64,000 bases of DNA from an uncultured Actinomycetota bacterium (lineage in GTDB: Bacteria > Actinomycetota > Actinomycetes > JACCUZ01), in NCBI GenBank assembly GCA_963751035.1, contig CAVVSW010000006.1, positions 2,347-66,346 on the forward strand, written 5' to 3'. Both the position numbers and the translations under genes were made by a program. The notes beneath the pieces were generated by a model that saw nothing but the letters and a program-made list of their open reading frames with translations, searched no databases and was not told where the DNA came from. This document shows positions 1 through 10,866 of the stretch, piece after piece (position 1 is the stretch's first letter; every line of letters starts with the position of its first letter).

Positions 1-755
1 TCGATCTGGTTCGACTTGTACGCCTGCCGGGCGGCCGCAGGATCGGGGACCGCCCGCAGGACCACTCCGTCGAGGTTGGTCGGGCTTCCCCAGTAGGCCG
101 CGTTGCGGACCAGCTTCAGCTCCTGGCCCCGGGTCCAGCGGTCGATCATCCATGGGCCACCCGAGAACCCGTACCCGTCCTTCATCTCGGCGTTGCGGTC
201 CTTGCCGTCGAGCAGGTGCTTCGGCAGGATGGGACGAAAGCGGTCCCGCCACGTGGCGTTCGGCTCCTTCCAGGTCACGATTGCGGTCCGTGGGTCGGTG
301 TCGTCGACCGCGGTGATGTCGGCCATGCCCCGTACGTTCGTCGGCCGGCCCTGCTCCCACGTGTACCGGAAATCGGAGGAGGTCATCGGCGTGCCGTCCG
401 ACCACACGGCCGCCGGGTTGATGCGGTACGTGACCCGCTGGGGCGGTCCGGGGTCGACATTCGGCTCGCCGGCGAGAAGCGGCGTGGTCGAGTACTTCCC
501 GGCGAGGAACAGGAGGGGCGACGGGAGCGTCTGTAGCGCCACGATCCCGAAGTTCGCGGTGCCGCACGGCCCGTACCAGTCGGCACAGAGCGGCTCCCCA
601 ACCGCGAGGACGAGCGTGCCGCCTCGGCGAGGCTGCTCGGCGGCCGGTGAGCCGGCGCTCCCAACGTCATCACCTGAGCTGCGGCACGACGTCGCCAGGC
701 ACGCGCCGACCACCAGTGCCACGACCCACCGAACCCGACCGCGATACCCGCCCAT
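1..755 (-). CDS. ABC transporter solute-binding lipoprotein, family 5 (peptide/nickel type); runs off the left edge
   Basis: Read manually (not in ORF track): ATG at 755, MGGYRGRVRWVVALVVGACLATSC (lipobox), GGTLVLAV, VTYRINPAAVWSDGTPMTSSDFRYTWEQ, LPKHLL, SGGPWMIDRW; clear paralog of 4201-5866. Confidence 0.88.
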   Translation of the reverse strand, partial: MGGYRGRVRWVVALVVGACLATSCRSSGDDVGSAGSPAAEQPRRGGTLVLAVGEPLCADWYGPCGTANFGIVALQTLPSPLLFLAGKYSTTPLLAGEPNVDPGPPQRVTYRINPAAVWSDGTPMTSSDFRYTWEQGRPTNVRGMADITAVDDTDPRTAIVTWKEPNATWRDRFRPILPKHLLDGKDRNAEMKDGYGFSGGPWMIDRWTRGQELKLVRNAAYWGSPTNLDGVVLRAVPDPAAARQAYKSNQI

Positions 756-817
756 CTCCGGCCCCCCCGCTTCCTGGCACGGAGTGTAGGTCGATGGCTG
801 CCGCAGAGTTCGCCTGT

Positions 818-1006
818 TCACGCGTGGCCGTTTTCGGAGTGGGGGCGCACAGGCCTTTCCGATGCGCCCCGGGCGAGGGCGAGAATGAACTCGGCCGGGA
901 GCTCCATGTCGTGCACCCGCCGGGCATGGTCCTGAGCCCGTTCGACAAGGTCGCCCTCGCCATCCTCGAACGCCTCGAATCCGCAGTCACATCCGATGAC
1001 TCTCAC
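818..1006 (-). CDS. Small DUF1059-like putative metal-binding protein (~62 aa)
   Basis: From GTG 1006 within ORF 818..1225: VRVIGCDCGFEAFEDGEGDLVERAQDHARRVHDM; CxC plus HxxxxH pattern. Confidence 0.6.
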   Translation of the reverse strand: MRVIGCDCGFEAFEDGEGDLVERAQDHARRVHDMELPAEFILALARGASERPVRPHSENGHA

Positions 1007-1158
1007 TGCGCCAGTGTCCGGGACGAGCTGTAGAAATCCGGTAGACCGCCCGTTGTCGGACCCACGTAACGGACGAGTGTTCGTACTGCAGAAGAGAGTT
1101 GGGCGGGTGTTGGGCTGAACGACTGCCGGCGTTGGGATACGGCCAGGACATTTGCGAA

Positions 1159-2178
1159 GTGAAGAATCGCTTTCGCTCTGGTCCCCGGCGTTCACCCGAG
1201 CGGGGCGATCCGAGGACGCGCCCATGGAGGCAGCAGGCGGGGCGGAGTCTCATAGCTCTCGGGTTGCTCAGCACAGCCTTTGGCCTCACCGTCTCATCCG
1301 CAGGAGCCAGCGGTGAGGTAGCCACCGCAGTTCTCACCTCGCCTTTGACAGGGTCCAGCGCGACGTTCACCTGGGCGTACGACTTCCAGTCGAACGGCGG
1401 CAACGAGCTCGACGATCTGGCGATGTCGCTCTGCCCCGACGTTCTCTCGCACTTCGTGTCGGCGACCCCTTCGGGACAGGCGTTCGTCAACAACGTTCCC
1501 CAGGGCCACCCTGGGTTCGGGCCGGGAATCCGGTTCCAGACAAGCGCCGCCAGCGGCACGCTGACCGTCGTCTTCGATCAGGCCTTCCCGCCTGACGGCT
1601 CCATTCGACTGCAGTCGCACTCCGGTGACGGCAACGACGGTGATGCGATCACGACCGCCGCAGGCCCGGGCACGTGTGCCCCGACCACCACGACCACGCT
1701 CGCCCCGACCACCACGACCACGCTCGCCCCGACCACCACGACCACGCTCGCCCCGACCACCACGACCACGCTCGCCCCGACCACCACGACGACGCTCGCC
1801 CCGACCACCACGACCACGGTCGCCCCGACCACGACGAGCACCACACTGGTTTCGGTGACCACGACGTCGGTGGGGCAGACCACCACCTCGAAACCTCCGG
1901 CCACCACGACGACGGGCCGACAAGGCATCGCCGCAACCGGCGGCCAGGCGACCACGACGACGCTCGCGCCGGCGACGACCACGACGGTGGCTCCCGTGTC
2001 GGCCGACACGACGACCAGCGTCGCAGTTCTGGCGAGCAGGCAGGGCACCGCGACCCCGTCGCCCAGGCTCGCAAAGACCGGGGTCAACGGCGCCCCACTC
2101 GTCGCCTTCGGCCTGATTGCCGTGGCTCTCGGCGGTGCCCTACTGGCGGGCGGGATGTTGGAGCGGGACCGGGACTAA
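1159..2178 (+). CDS. Secreted, probably sortase-anchored surface protein with Thr-rich stalk
   Basis: Signal-peptide-like region ending SSAGA; ~115-aa globular domain; (APTTTTTL)n; C-terminal LAKTG + hydrophobic helix + ERDRD. Start uncertain (1099 or 1159). Confidence 0.8.
   Translation: MKNRFRSGPRRSPERGDPRTRPWRQQAGRSLIALGLLSTAFGLTVSSAGASGEVATAVLTSPLTGSSATFTWAYDFQSNGGNELDDLAMSLCPDVLSHFVSATPSGQAFVNNVPQGHPGFGPGIRFQTSAASGTLTVVFDQAFPPDGSIRLQSHSGDGNDGDAITTAAGPGTCAPTTTTTLAPTTTTTLAPTTTTTLAPTTTTTLAPTTTTTLAPTTTTTVAPTTTSTTLVSVTTTSVGQTTTSKPPATTTTGRQGIAATGGQATTTTLAPATTTTVAPVSADTTTSVAVLASRQGTATPSPRLAKTGVNGAPLVAFGLIAVALGGALLAGGMLERDRD
1678..1845 (+). repeat. 24-bp coding tandem repeat, ~7 copies (gccccgaccaccacgaccacgctc = APTTTTTL)
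   Basis: Contiguous units directly visible, last ones degenerate. Confidence 0.95.
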
Positions 2179-2188
2179 AGGTTCTGGA

Positions 2189-4204
2189 CTACCCCTTCAA
2201 CGCTGTCTCATCGGCGCCGGCGAAGTGGCAGGCCACGGGATGACCCTGTCCCCGGTCGACAAGGGCGGGCACGGCTTCGGCGCACACGTCCTGGGCCTTC
2301 CAGCAGCGCGTCCGGAAGCGGCAGCCCGAGGGCGGCGACGTGGCGCTGGGCAGCTCGCCGCCGAGGACGATGCGCCGGCGGGACGTCTCCCGGTCGGGAT
2401 CGGGCACGGGCACGGCCGACAGGAGGGCCTGGGTGTAGGGATGGGACGGTCGCCCGAATACGTCGTCCCGGCTGCCGGTCTCCACGATCCTGCCGAGGTA
2501 CATCACGGCGACGCGGTCGGCGATGTGCCCGACGACGGCGAGGTCGTGAGCGATGAACAGGTAGGCGAGCCCGAGCCGTTCCTGGAGGTCCTGGAGGAGG
2601 TCGACGATCCCCGCCCGCACCGAGACGTCGAGGGCCGACACCGGCTCGTCGAGGACGACGAGCTCCGGTTCGAGGGCCAGAGCACGGGCGATGCCGATCC
2701 GCTGGCGCTGCCCGCCCGAGAACTCGTGGGGAAACCGGCTGGCATGGTTCGCTTCGAGGCCGGTCAGCGCGAGGAGTTCGGCCACCCGATCTGCACCCGA
2801 CCGTCCGTACAGGCCGTGGACGCGGAGGGGCGCGGCGATGATGCTGCCGACGGAGCGTCGGGGGTTGAGCGACGCGTAGGGGTCCTGGAACACGACCTGC
2901 ATGTGCCGGCGCAGGTCCCGCATGGCCCGCCCCCGGGCGCTCAGGACGTCGTGCCCCGCATAGGAGACGGAGCCGGCCGTGGCCGGCAGAAGGTTGAGGA
3001 TCAGGCGGGCGGTCGTGGTCTTGCCGCATCCGGACTCGCCGACGAGCCCCAGGGTCTCACCGGCCCGTACGTCGAAGGAGACCCCGCACACCGCGTGCAC
3101 CTCGGCACCCCGCCGAGCGGGGAAATGCTTGACGAGCTCCTCACCTCGAGGACGACGTCGCCCGGCGAGCGCTCCGGTCGCGTGTCCGAGGGCGAGGACG
3201 CGCGTGCGGAGGAAGCTCCTCGGCGAGGTGGACGCCGTGTCACCGCCTCCAGGCAGGCCACGGAGGTCGGGCACGACCGTCGCGCAGGGGTCGGGGAGCC
3301 GGGCGTATGCGCACCGGGGATGAAAGGCGCAGCCAGACGGGAGCGCGGTGAGCGACGGTGGGTTGCCGGCGATGCCGGTGAGGCGTCCCCCGGCGTGGGA
3401 TCGGTCGACGCGAGGCAGCGATGCGAGCAGCCCACGCGTATAGGGGTGCGACGGCGCCGCGAACACCTGCCGTACGCCGGCCGTCTCGACCAGCCGGCCC
3501 GCGTACATGACCGCGACCCGATCGGCCAAGCCCGCAACGATGCCGAGGTCGTGGGTGACGAGCACGATGGCCGTGCGGGTGCGCTGCTGGACGCCGCGCA
3601 GCACCTCCAGCACCTGGGCCTGCACGGTGACGTCGAGCGCCGTGGTGGGCTCGTCGGCGATGAGGACGTCCGGGTCGTTGGCCATGGCCATGGCGATCAC
3701 GACCCGCTGCTTCATCCCACCCGACAGCTCGTGCGGATAGCTCCGGGCCCGGGCGCCGGCGTCGGCGATGCCGACCAGGTCCAGCAGCTCCGCCGTGCGG
3801 TCCCGGACCCGGGCACGAGGCAGCCGGGGATCGTGGGTGGTGATCGACTCGGCGATCTGGTCGCCCACCCGCTGGACCGGGTTCAATGCGGCCAGTGCCT
3901 CCTGGAACACGATGGCCAGCCGCCGGCCGCGGAGCCGGTTGAGCTCGCGCTCGGGTAGGCCGAGGAGGTTGCGCCCGTCGAAGACGATGGAACCCGACAC
4001 CGTGGCCGTCGGGGGCAGCAGGCCCATGGCGGCCAGCATGGTGACGGTCTTGCCCGATCCGGATTCGCCGACGACGGCCAGCACCTCGTTCGCGGTACCT
4101 CGAATGACACGCCGTCGACAGCCTCCAGCACACCGTTGTCGGTCGGGAACCGGACCCGCAGATCCCCTCACCGAGAGGACGGCCGTGCCGTCGGCCTCGG
4201 TCAG
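2189..4204 (-). CDS. Oligopeptide/dipeptide ABC transporter ATP-binding protein with two ATPase domains (OppD/OppF-like), compensating indels
   Basis: Two Walker A (GESGSGKT, GESGCGKT), signatures LSGGMKQR and FSGGQRQR, HPYT motifs, C-terminal Cys motifs; out-of-frame patches near 4095-4165 and 3150-3240; start uncertain. Confidence 0.85.
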   Translation of the reverse strand: MTEADGTAVLSVRGSAGPVPDRQRCAGGCRRRVIRGTANEVLAVVGESGSGKTVTMLAAMGLLPPTATVSGSIVFDGRNLLGLPERELNRLRGRRLAIVFQEALAALNPVQRVGDQIAESITTHDPRLPRARVRDRTAELLDLVGIADAGARARSYPHELSGGMKQRVVIAMAMANDPDVLIADEPTTALDVTVQAQVLEVLRGVQQRTRTAIVLVTHDLGIVAGLADRVAVMYAGRLVETAGVRQVFAAPSHPYTRGLLASLPRVDRSHAGGRLTGIAGNPPSLTALPSGCAFHPRCAYARLPDPCATVVPDLRGLPGGGDTASTSPRSFLRTRVLALGHATGALAGRRRPRGEELVKHFPARRGAEVHAVCGVSFDVRAGETLGLVGESGCGKTTTARLILNLLPATAGSVSYAGHDVLSARGRAMRDLRRHMQVVFQDPYASLNPRRSVGSIIAAPLRVHGLYGRSGADRVAELLALTGLEANHASRFPHEFSGGQRQRIGIARALALEPELVVLDEPVSALDVSVRAGIVDLLQDLQERLGLAYLFIAHDLAVVGHIADRVAVMYLGRIVETGSRDDVFGRPSHPYTQALLSAVPVPDPDRETSRRRIVLGGELPSATSPPSGCRFRTRCWKAQDVCAEAVPALVDRGQGHPVACHFAGADETALKG

Positions 4205-5866
4205 CAGGTGCCGCCCCGGCAGAACCAGTCCGTGGTCCGGAGCCAGGGCCCGTTCGGGCCGGAGTCGTTGCGCACGCCCCGCAGGTTTGACGTGGTGTGG
4301 ACGAGCACGGAGAGGCCGGGTGCGGTGGGAAGGATGGGAAGGAGGTCGCTGGTGATCTGGTAGGCGGCCTTCAGCGCCTCCAGCCGCTTGGCCTCGTCGA
4401 CCTCGCTGTTGACGAGGTCCCACGCCGCGTCATGGGCAGGATCGGCCACCCGGGCGAGGTTGGCCCCGCTTAAGCCGTTGGCGTCGGAGGGGATGTTGCG
4501 AGAGCACAGAAGGGCGCACCGGCTGGGGTCGTCGCTGGGAAAAAGGTCCGCGTAGAGGCCGACGTGGAAGTTCCCCCGGCGCAGGGTGTCGTTGGTGTTG
4601 GCCACGTTGTTGACCTTGGGCTCGAATCCGGCGTCCTTCCATTGGCTCAGAAGGATTCTGCTCCTGGAGCTCGACGTTCTTGTTCCCGGCCGTACCGACG
4701 ATCTCGATCTCGGCGCGCCGCCCACCCTTGGCCCAGATACCGTCGGCCCCTCGGGCCCACCCTGCGCCGCGGATGAGCTGATCGACGCGGGCGACGTCGC
4801 GCCGGTACTTGGCGAACGGCTCCATGTACCAGCGGCCGGCCACCGGGGTCATGAGGGCGTGGATGGGCTTGATGTCGGGCTTCAGGATGCCGAACGCCTG
4901 CCGGACGAGCACGTCGCGGTCGGTGGCATAGGCGAGGGCCTGGCGGACCGCCACGGCGTCGAGCGGTGCTCGCTGGGTGTTGAACAGCAGCCCGTTGACC
5001 CCGGTGTTGACGGTGACGTCGACGGCGGTGTCGGGCAGCGCCTGCACCTCGCCGAGACTGGTCTCCGGTGGCACGCCCTGGATCAGCGACACCTCGCCGC
5101 TCTTGTAGGCGGCGAACGTGGCCCCCGCGTCGGGGATGACCCTGAGGACCAGGGCGTCGAGGTGCGGCTGGTCGCCCCAGTAGGCGGTGTTCGGCACGAA
5201 GCGGACCGACTGCCCCTTGACCCACTTGTCGAGCTTCCACGGGCCGCCCGACCACGTCACCCCGTCCTTCATCTCGCTCAGCCGGTCCTTGCCGCCGAGC
5301 AAATGTTTCGGCAGGACGAACCCGAGGGCGCCGAAGGGGTTCGTCCACGCCGCATACGGCTGCGCGAAGGTGACGACCGCCGTTCGCGGGTCGGAGTCGT
5401 CGACACTCGCGATCTGCTCCCACCCGGTTCGGTTGCCGACGTTGGGCCCCGCGGCGCCCTGCTCCCAGGTGTACCGGAGGTCCGCAGAGGTGATCGGTGT
5501 CCCGTCGGACCACACGGCCCTGGGGTTGAGCCGGTAGGTGAGTCGTTGCGGGGGGCCCTTCTCGAGCAGCGGCTCCGAGGCCAGGAGCGGCGTGGCCATG
5601 ATCTTGCCGCCGGCGAACACCACGGTCTGCGGCAGGGTCAGGACTCGGATGATGGCCCGAGGTCCGGTCCCGCACGGGGCGAACGGATCCCAGCAGCCGG
5701 GGTCGGCGGTGACACGGACGGTGACCGTGCCTCCGTTGACCACCGGCTCCGAGACCTCCGTCGTCGATGGCTGGGCGGTGTCGCTCGAGGTCGACGACGC
5801 GCACGCCGACATGAGCAGGGTCACGAGCACAACGGCGACCTGGCGCCTTCTCACCTTCGAGGTCAT
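4201..5866 (-). CDS. ABC transporter solute-binding lipoprotein, family 5 (frameshift near 4650)
   Basis: MTSKVRRRQVAVVLVTLLMSAC lipobox; WSDGTPITSADLRYTW; VRQALAYATDR; C-terminus continues in ORF 4201..4725. Confidence 0.88.
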
Positions 5867-5907
5867 GGCCGGACCATACGGAAGGACGTGTAGACGTCGC
5901 GTAGAGG

Positions 5908-8270
5908 TCACGTGCGCTCGAGGATTCGCCGGGCGTGGCGCGCCACCGTGGCCATGCCCAGGCGTTCCGCAGTATCGAGCGACGCAGTGAGGAGATCGGA
6001 GGCTCGCCGCTCGTCGGCGGGATCTCCCCGGTCGACCAGCATGCGCCCGTACCAGTACCGGCTACGGGCGACGAGGGGCGGCGAGCGCAGGCCCGTGTCC
6101 ACCCGCAGGGCCACTCGGAGGTGCTCCTCGGCGCGGCCCCAGTCGGCGCAGCTGATCGCCAGCTGCCCGAGGTACCGGTCGACCGACCCCGGACAGTGCG
6201 CGGCCTGGCCGGCCGCGATGGCCAGACCGGTGTACGGGCGGAGCCGGTCATAGAGGAGCGTGGCGAGCTCGGCATCGCCGACGGCAGAGGCGACTTCGGC
6301 CAGGTAGGCGTATGTCGCCGACGGAAAACGAACGGAGTCAATGGTGAGGTTGAGCTCCCGGAGCGCCCCTTCGGTGTCGCCGATGTCCATCCGGCCGCAC
6401 GCCAGCATGGCTCGGAGTATGGAGTGGCCTGGCATCCGGGCCAGCACGGCCAGTGCCGCGTCGACCGCCGCTTCGGGCCGGCCCTGTTCGAGGCCCAGCT
6501 TGGCCATCTGGATGGCGTAGAGCTCGGACACGGGTGCAGTGGCACCCGGCGCATGCTTCCTGTCCCCCGGCGAATTGGCGGCCGCCGCCAGCCGCTCGAC
6601 CTCTGCGAATCGGCCGTCGAGCAAGGCGAGGGTCGCCTGCCACAGGAGCCCGATCCGCTGGTAATACCAGAATCGCCGCTCGGTCCCCAGCCGGGCGTTG
6701 GCCGAGGCGTCCCCCTCGAAGCCCTCCCGGTCGCCGACGACGAGACGGGCGATGGCCCGCTGCTCATGACCTCCCCGCCACCCGTCCCAGCCGCCAGGAG
6801 GTAGGGCCTCGACGAGCTCGTCGGCGAGCGCCAGCCGCTCCCGGGCCGCCGGGGTCTCCCCCAGCGCCTTGCACCTGAAGGACAGCGCCACCCCGAGGGC
6901 CTCGCCGTCGCCCGACTTCCGAGCCAGAGCGAGCGCCTCGCCACTCACCGCCTGGGGGTTCTGGACGTACGGGGTCATCCGGGCGAGGATCAGGGCCCGC
7001 AGCGCGGGGGCGCCGTCCCCGAGCTGGGACAGCGCCTCGTGGGCCAGCTTCGCGCTCCCGGCATGGTCCGAGCCCAGCTCCGACGTGAGGTACCACCGGA
7101 CGGCCTGGCCGAACGCTCCGGGTCGCCGAGCTTCCTGGCGACTTCGACGGCCTCGCCCGCCGCCTGCCGCATCCGGGGGACGTCCCAGAAGCGGCACCAT
7201 GTCTCCGCAAGGGTGAGGAGCAGGTCGCAGCGGCGCCGGAGGTCGTCGCCTTCGAGGACGGAGAGCGCGTCCAGCCCTCGTTGAAGGAAGGTGGTCGCGT
7301 CCTCCCAGGCCGACTGGGCGAGGGCCTTCTCGGCGGCCACGATGGCGTAGTCGGCCGCCTTGACTGCGCCACCGGCGCCCGCCGCCTCGGAGAAATGGTG
7401 GACGAGCGCAGGGAGCCGGTGGACGTCGTCGCCCGGGAGCGCCTCGAGCGCCTCGCCCACTGCCCGGTGCCGGCGGGCCCGCCGGGTGCCCGTCATCCCG
7501 GCGTGGAGGGTGTCGCGGACGAGGGCGTGGGCGAAGCCGTACCGCCCCGGCGCTTCCTCGACCAGGAGGTGGGATCCTACGGCGGCCTCGACGGAGTCGA
7601 GCAGCGCCTCACCCTGGTCGGCGCCAGTGACGACCTGGAAGGAGCTCCAGGTCGAACTCGGCGCCGACGATGGACGCCCACTGGAGCGCGTCCCGGGACG
7701 CTTCGGGCAGGCGGTGCACGCGGCGGGCGACGACCTCGCGAACGCCTTCGGGCATCCCGAGTTCCTCGGGATCGGCGTAGTAGCTCCAGGTGCCGTGCCG
7801 GCCGTAGGTGGCTCCCGACTCCTGAAGGTGCCGTAGCAGCTCGCCCACGAAGAAGGGGTTGCCGGACGTGTGGGCGTGGAGGGCACGGGCCAGGGCCGCG
7901 TCCTCCTCGGCAGGACCGGTCTGTGCGTCCCGGACGAAGGCGGCGACGTCGTCCTGGTCGAGACCGCGGAGTGCGACCCGGTCGACGGCAGGTTCCCGGC
8001 GTAGATCGGCCAGGACCTGGGCGAGAGGATCATCCGGCCCGACATCGGTGTGGCGGTACGTGCCGACCACCAGGACCTCGGACCGGGCGACGGACCGGAG
8101 GACATGACGGAGCAACGACAGGGTCGGGGGCGGGGCCCAGTGAAGGTCGTCGACGACGAGAACGACCGGGGCAGCCTCGGCCGCACCGGCCACCAGGGAA
8201 TCCGACGGCTTCGAACAGCCGGTGCCTGGCGAGCCCGGATCGGTCAACGTGGGCGGCGGCGTGGCACAGG
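5908..8270 (-). pseudogene. AAA-ATPase/TPR-type regulator (cyclase/SARP/LuxR-associated class), N-terminally truncated and frameshifted
   Basis: Spread over ORFs 7609..8274, 6990..8186 and 5908..7200: Walker B VVLVVDDLHWA, LVVGTYR, TSGNPFFVGELLR, FAHALVRDTL, DRYLGQLA; no Walker A or start before the junction. Confidence 0.75.
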
Positions 8271-8279
8271 ACAATGCGC

Positions 8280-8503
8280 TCGGTGCCGCTGCTGCTGCCC
8301 GACGGCTTCGAGGGCCACCCGCTGCGCAAGGACTTCGTGCTTGCAGCCCGGGTCGCGAAGCCCTGGCCGGGCGCGAAGGATCCGGGGGAGTCCGACTCCG
8401 ACGTCAGCGCGGCCCCGTCGCGGCGCAAGACCCGGCCCCCCGGCGTCCCCGACCCGGCGGAGTGGGGCCCCCACCCCGCGCCGGCGAGGAGCCCGACCCG
8501 TGA
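8280..8503 (+). pseudogene. nuoC: NADH-quinone oxidoreductase subunit C, C-terminal fragment only
   Basis: PLLLPDGFEGHPLRKDFVLAARVAKPWPGAKDPGES (NuoC GHPLRKDF signature); 5' part absent. Confidence 0.8.
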
Positions 8504-9462
8504 GCCTCATCGACGTCCTCGAGGTGGTGCTCCGCATCGTGCTGGTGGTCGCCGCGTTCCTGACGCTGCCGCTGCTCGTCGGGCAGACCGAGCACAAGGC
8601 GATGGCGCACATGCAGTCCCGCCTCGGTCCGATGTACGCCGGTGGGTTCCACGGCTGGGCCCAGCTCGTCGCCGACGGCGTGAAGTTCGCGCAGAAGGAG
8701 GACATCGTCCCCGCGGCCGCCGACCGCGCCGTGTTCAAGCTGGCCCCGGCGGTCGCCCTCATCCCCTACCTGGTGGTCCTGGTTGCCATCCCGCTCGGGC
8801 CCGACCTGGTTGCCGTGAATCTGGACGCGGGCCTCTTCTTCGTCCTCGCGGTGATGGCGATCGGCGTGCTCGGCGCCCTGATGGCGGGCTGGGCCAGCGC
8901 CAACAAGTTCTCGCTGCTCGGCGGCCTGCGCACCGCGGCCCAGCTGATGGCCTACGAGCTGCCGTTCATCCTGGCAGCGGCCTCGGTCGCGATGGCCGCC
9001 GGAACCCTCTCGCTGCCCGGCATCGTCGAGGCGTGGGAGCCGTGGTGGCTGCTGTGGCAGCTGCCGGGTGCGGTCGTGTTCTTCATCGCCGGCCTCGCCG
9101 AGCTGCAACGTCCCCCCTTCGACATGCCGGTTGCCGACTCCGAGATCATCTTCGGCGCCTTCACGGAGTACTCCGGCCTGCGCTTCGCTCTCTTCCTGCT
9201 CGCGGAGTACGCCGGCATCGTCGTGCTCTGCGCGCTCACCACCGTGCTGTTCCTGGGCGGATGGCACGGCCCGTTCGAAGACTGGCTGGGCTGGCTGTGG
9301 ACGCTGCTCAAGACGATGGTGCTGGCGTTCGTCGTGATCTGGCTGCGGGTGTCCTACCCGCGCATGCGTGAGGACCAGCTGCAGCGGCTGGCCTGGCAGG
9401 GCCTGGTGCCGGTCGCCCTGGCCCAGCTCGCCCTGACCGGCGTCGTGGCGGTGGTCGTGTGA
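8500..9462 (+). CDS. nuoH: NADH-quinone oxidoreductase subunit H
   Basis: [53 protein letters not shown]. Confidence 0.95.
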   Translation: MSLIDVLEVVLRIVLVVAAFLTLPLLVGQTEHKAMAHMQSRLGPMYAGGFHGWAQLVADGVKFAQKEDIVPAAADRAVFKLAPAVALIPYLVVLVAIPLGPDLVAVNLDAGLFFVLAVMAIGVLGALMAGWASANKFSLLGGLRTAAQLMAYELPFILAAASVAMAAGTLSLPGIVEAWEPWWLLWQLPGAVVFFIAGLAELQRPPFDMPVADSEIIFGAFTEYSGLRFALFLLAEYAGIVVLCALTTVLFLGGWHGPFEDWLGWLWTLLKTMVLAFVVIWLRVSYPRMREDQLQRLAWQGLVPVALAQLALTGVVAVVV

Positions 9463-10013
9463 AGCTCCCGGGTGCCGGCCTCGCCAAGGGCCTCGCCGTG
9501 ACCATGCGCACGATGTCCAAGCGGTCGGTCACCGACCAGTACCCCGACGTCAAGCCTGAGCTGCCGCCGCGCAGCCGCGGTGTCATCGCCCTGGTCGAGG
9601 AGAACTGCACGGTCTGCATGCTCTGCGCGCGCGAGTGCCCCGACTGGTGCATCTACATCGACTCTCACAAGGAGACGATCCCCGCACCCGAAGGAGGCCG
9701 CGAGCGTCAGCGCAACGTCCTCGACCGCTTCGCCATCGACTTCTCGCTGTGCATGTACTGCGGCATCTGCATCGAGGTCTGCCCCTTCGACGCGCTCTTC
9801 TGGTCACCGGAGTTCGAGTACGCCGAGTTCGACATCCGCAACATGACCCACGAGAAGGACCGGCTGCGCGACTGGATGGCCACCGTGCCGCCACCGCCCG
9901 CCGACGACCCGCACGCGGCGCGGCCCAAGGAGCTCGACGCGGCGATCAAGGCTGCCAGCGCGCAAGCACCCGACGAGACGGACCGACGGGCGGCGCAGGA
10001 CGGGGCCTCGTGA
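9459..10013 (+). CDS. nuoI: NADH-quinone oxidoreductase subunit I (2x[4Fe-4S])
   Basis: [12 protein letters not shown] and [12 protein letters not shown]. Confidence 0.95.
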   Translation: MKLPGAGLAKGLAVTMRTMSKRSVTDQYPDVKPELPPRSRGVIALVEENCTVCMLCARECPDWCIYIDSHKETIPAPEGGRERQRNVLDRFAIDFSLCMYCGICIEVCPFDALFWSPEFEYAEFDIRNMTHEKDRLRDWMATVPPPPADDPHAARPKELDAAIKAASAQAPDETDRRAAQDGAS

Positions 10014-10528
10014 CGGCGGTCGAGGTGCTGTTCTGCCTGCTCGGCGTCGTCGCTGTGGGCTCCGCGGTGCTCGTCGTGACCACCCGCCAGCTCGTGCACG
10101 CCGCGCTCTGGCTCGTCGTCACGCTCGGTTCCATCGCCGGGCTCTACCTGCTCCTCTCGGCGGAGTTCGTCGCCTGGGTGCAGGTGCTCATCTACGTCGG
10201 GGCCGTTGTCGTGCTGCTGCTGTTCGGGCTCATGTTGACCCGGGCCCCGATCGGCCTGTCGATCGACCTGGACGCGTCGGTCGGCCAGCGCGTCGCAGCC
10301 GCTGTCACGGCAGGAGCGACGGCGGGCGTGCTGATCGTCTCGCTGGTCGACGCGTTCGGGTCTGCGCGGATCGAGCTGGGCGACGACCCGCGCGGCGGAT
10401 CGGCCGGTGCGGCCGGCGAGGCGCTCTTCCGCAGCTGGGTGCTGCCGTTCGAGGTGCTCTCGGTGCTGCTCCTCGCCGCGCTGGTCGGCGCGATCGTGCT
10501 CTCGCGCCGAGAGGTCGGCGAGCCCTGA
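10010..10528 (+). CDS. nuoJ: NADH-quinone oxidoreductase subunit J
   Basis: [43 protein letters not shown]. Confidence 0.93.
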   Translation: MTAVEVLFCLLGVVAVGSAVLVVTTRQLVHAALWLVVTLGSIAGLYLLLSAEFVAWVQVLIYVGAVVVLLLFGLMLTRAPIGLSIDLDASVGQRVAAAVTAGATAGVLIVSLVDAFGSARIELGDDPRGGSAGAAGEALFRSWVLPFEVLSVLLLAALVGAIVLSRREVGEP

Positions 10529-10866
10529 TGCCGCTGCTGATGCCGCTCATCGTTGCCGCGCTGCTGTTCTCGATCGGGATCTACGGCGTGCTCGCCCGGC
10601 GCAACGCGATCCTCGTGCTGATGTCCGTCGAGCTGATGCTCAACGCGGTCAACCTCAACCTGGTCGCGTTCGACGTCTGGCTGCGCGACGAGCTGCTCTC
10701 CGGCCAGGTGTTCACGCTGTTCATCATCACGATCGCCGCCGCCGAGGTAGGTCTCGGGCTGGCCATCGTGCTGCTGGTCTTCCGCAACCGCGCCACCTCC
10801 CAGCTCGACGAGCTGCTGGAGCTGCGCGAGGAGCTGGAGCCCCGCCAGGAGCTGGAGCCGCGATGA
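10528..10866 (+). CDS. nuoK: NADH-quinone oxidoreductase subunit K
   Basis: [30 protein letters not shown]. Confidence 0.95.
   Translation: MPLLMPLIVAALLFSIGIYGVLARRNAILVLMSVELMLNAVNLNLVAFDVWLRDELLSGQVFTLFIITIAAAEVGLGLAIVLLVFRNRATSQLDELLELREELEPRQELEPR

Noticed and set aside
1678-1845. 24-bp repeat array as a possible CRISPR
   Set aside because: Units are contiguous with no unique spacers, in frame within a CDS, and no cas genes are present
10828-10863. ELEPR duplication at the end of nuoK (also 12-bp repeats at 20692-20721)
   Set aside because: Short slippage duplications in unconstrained C-termini
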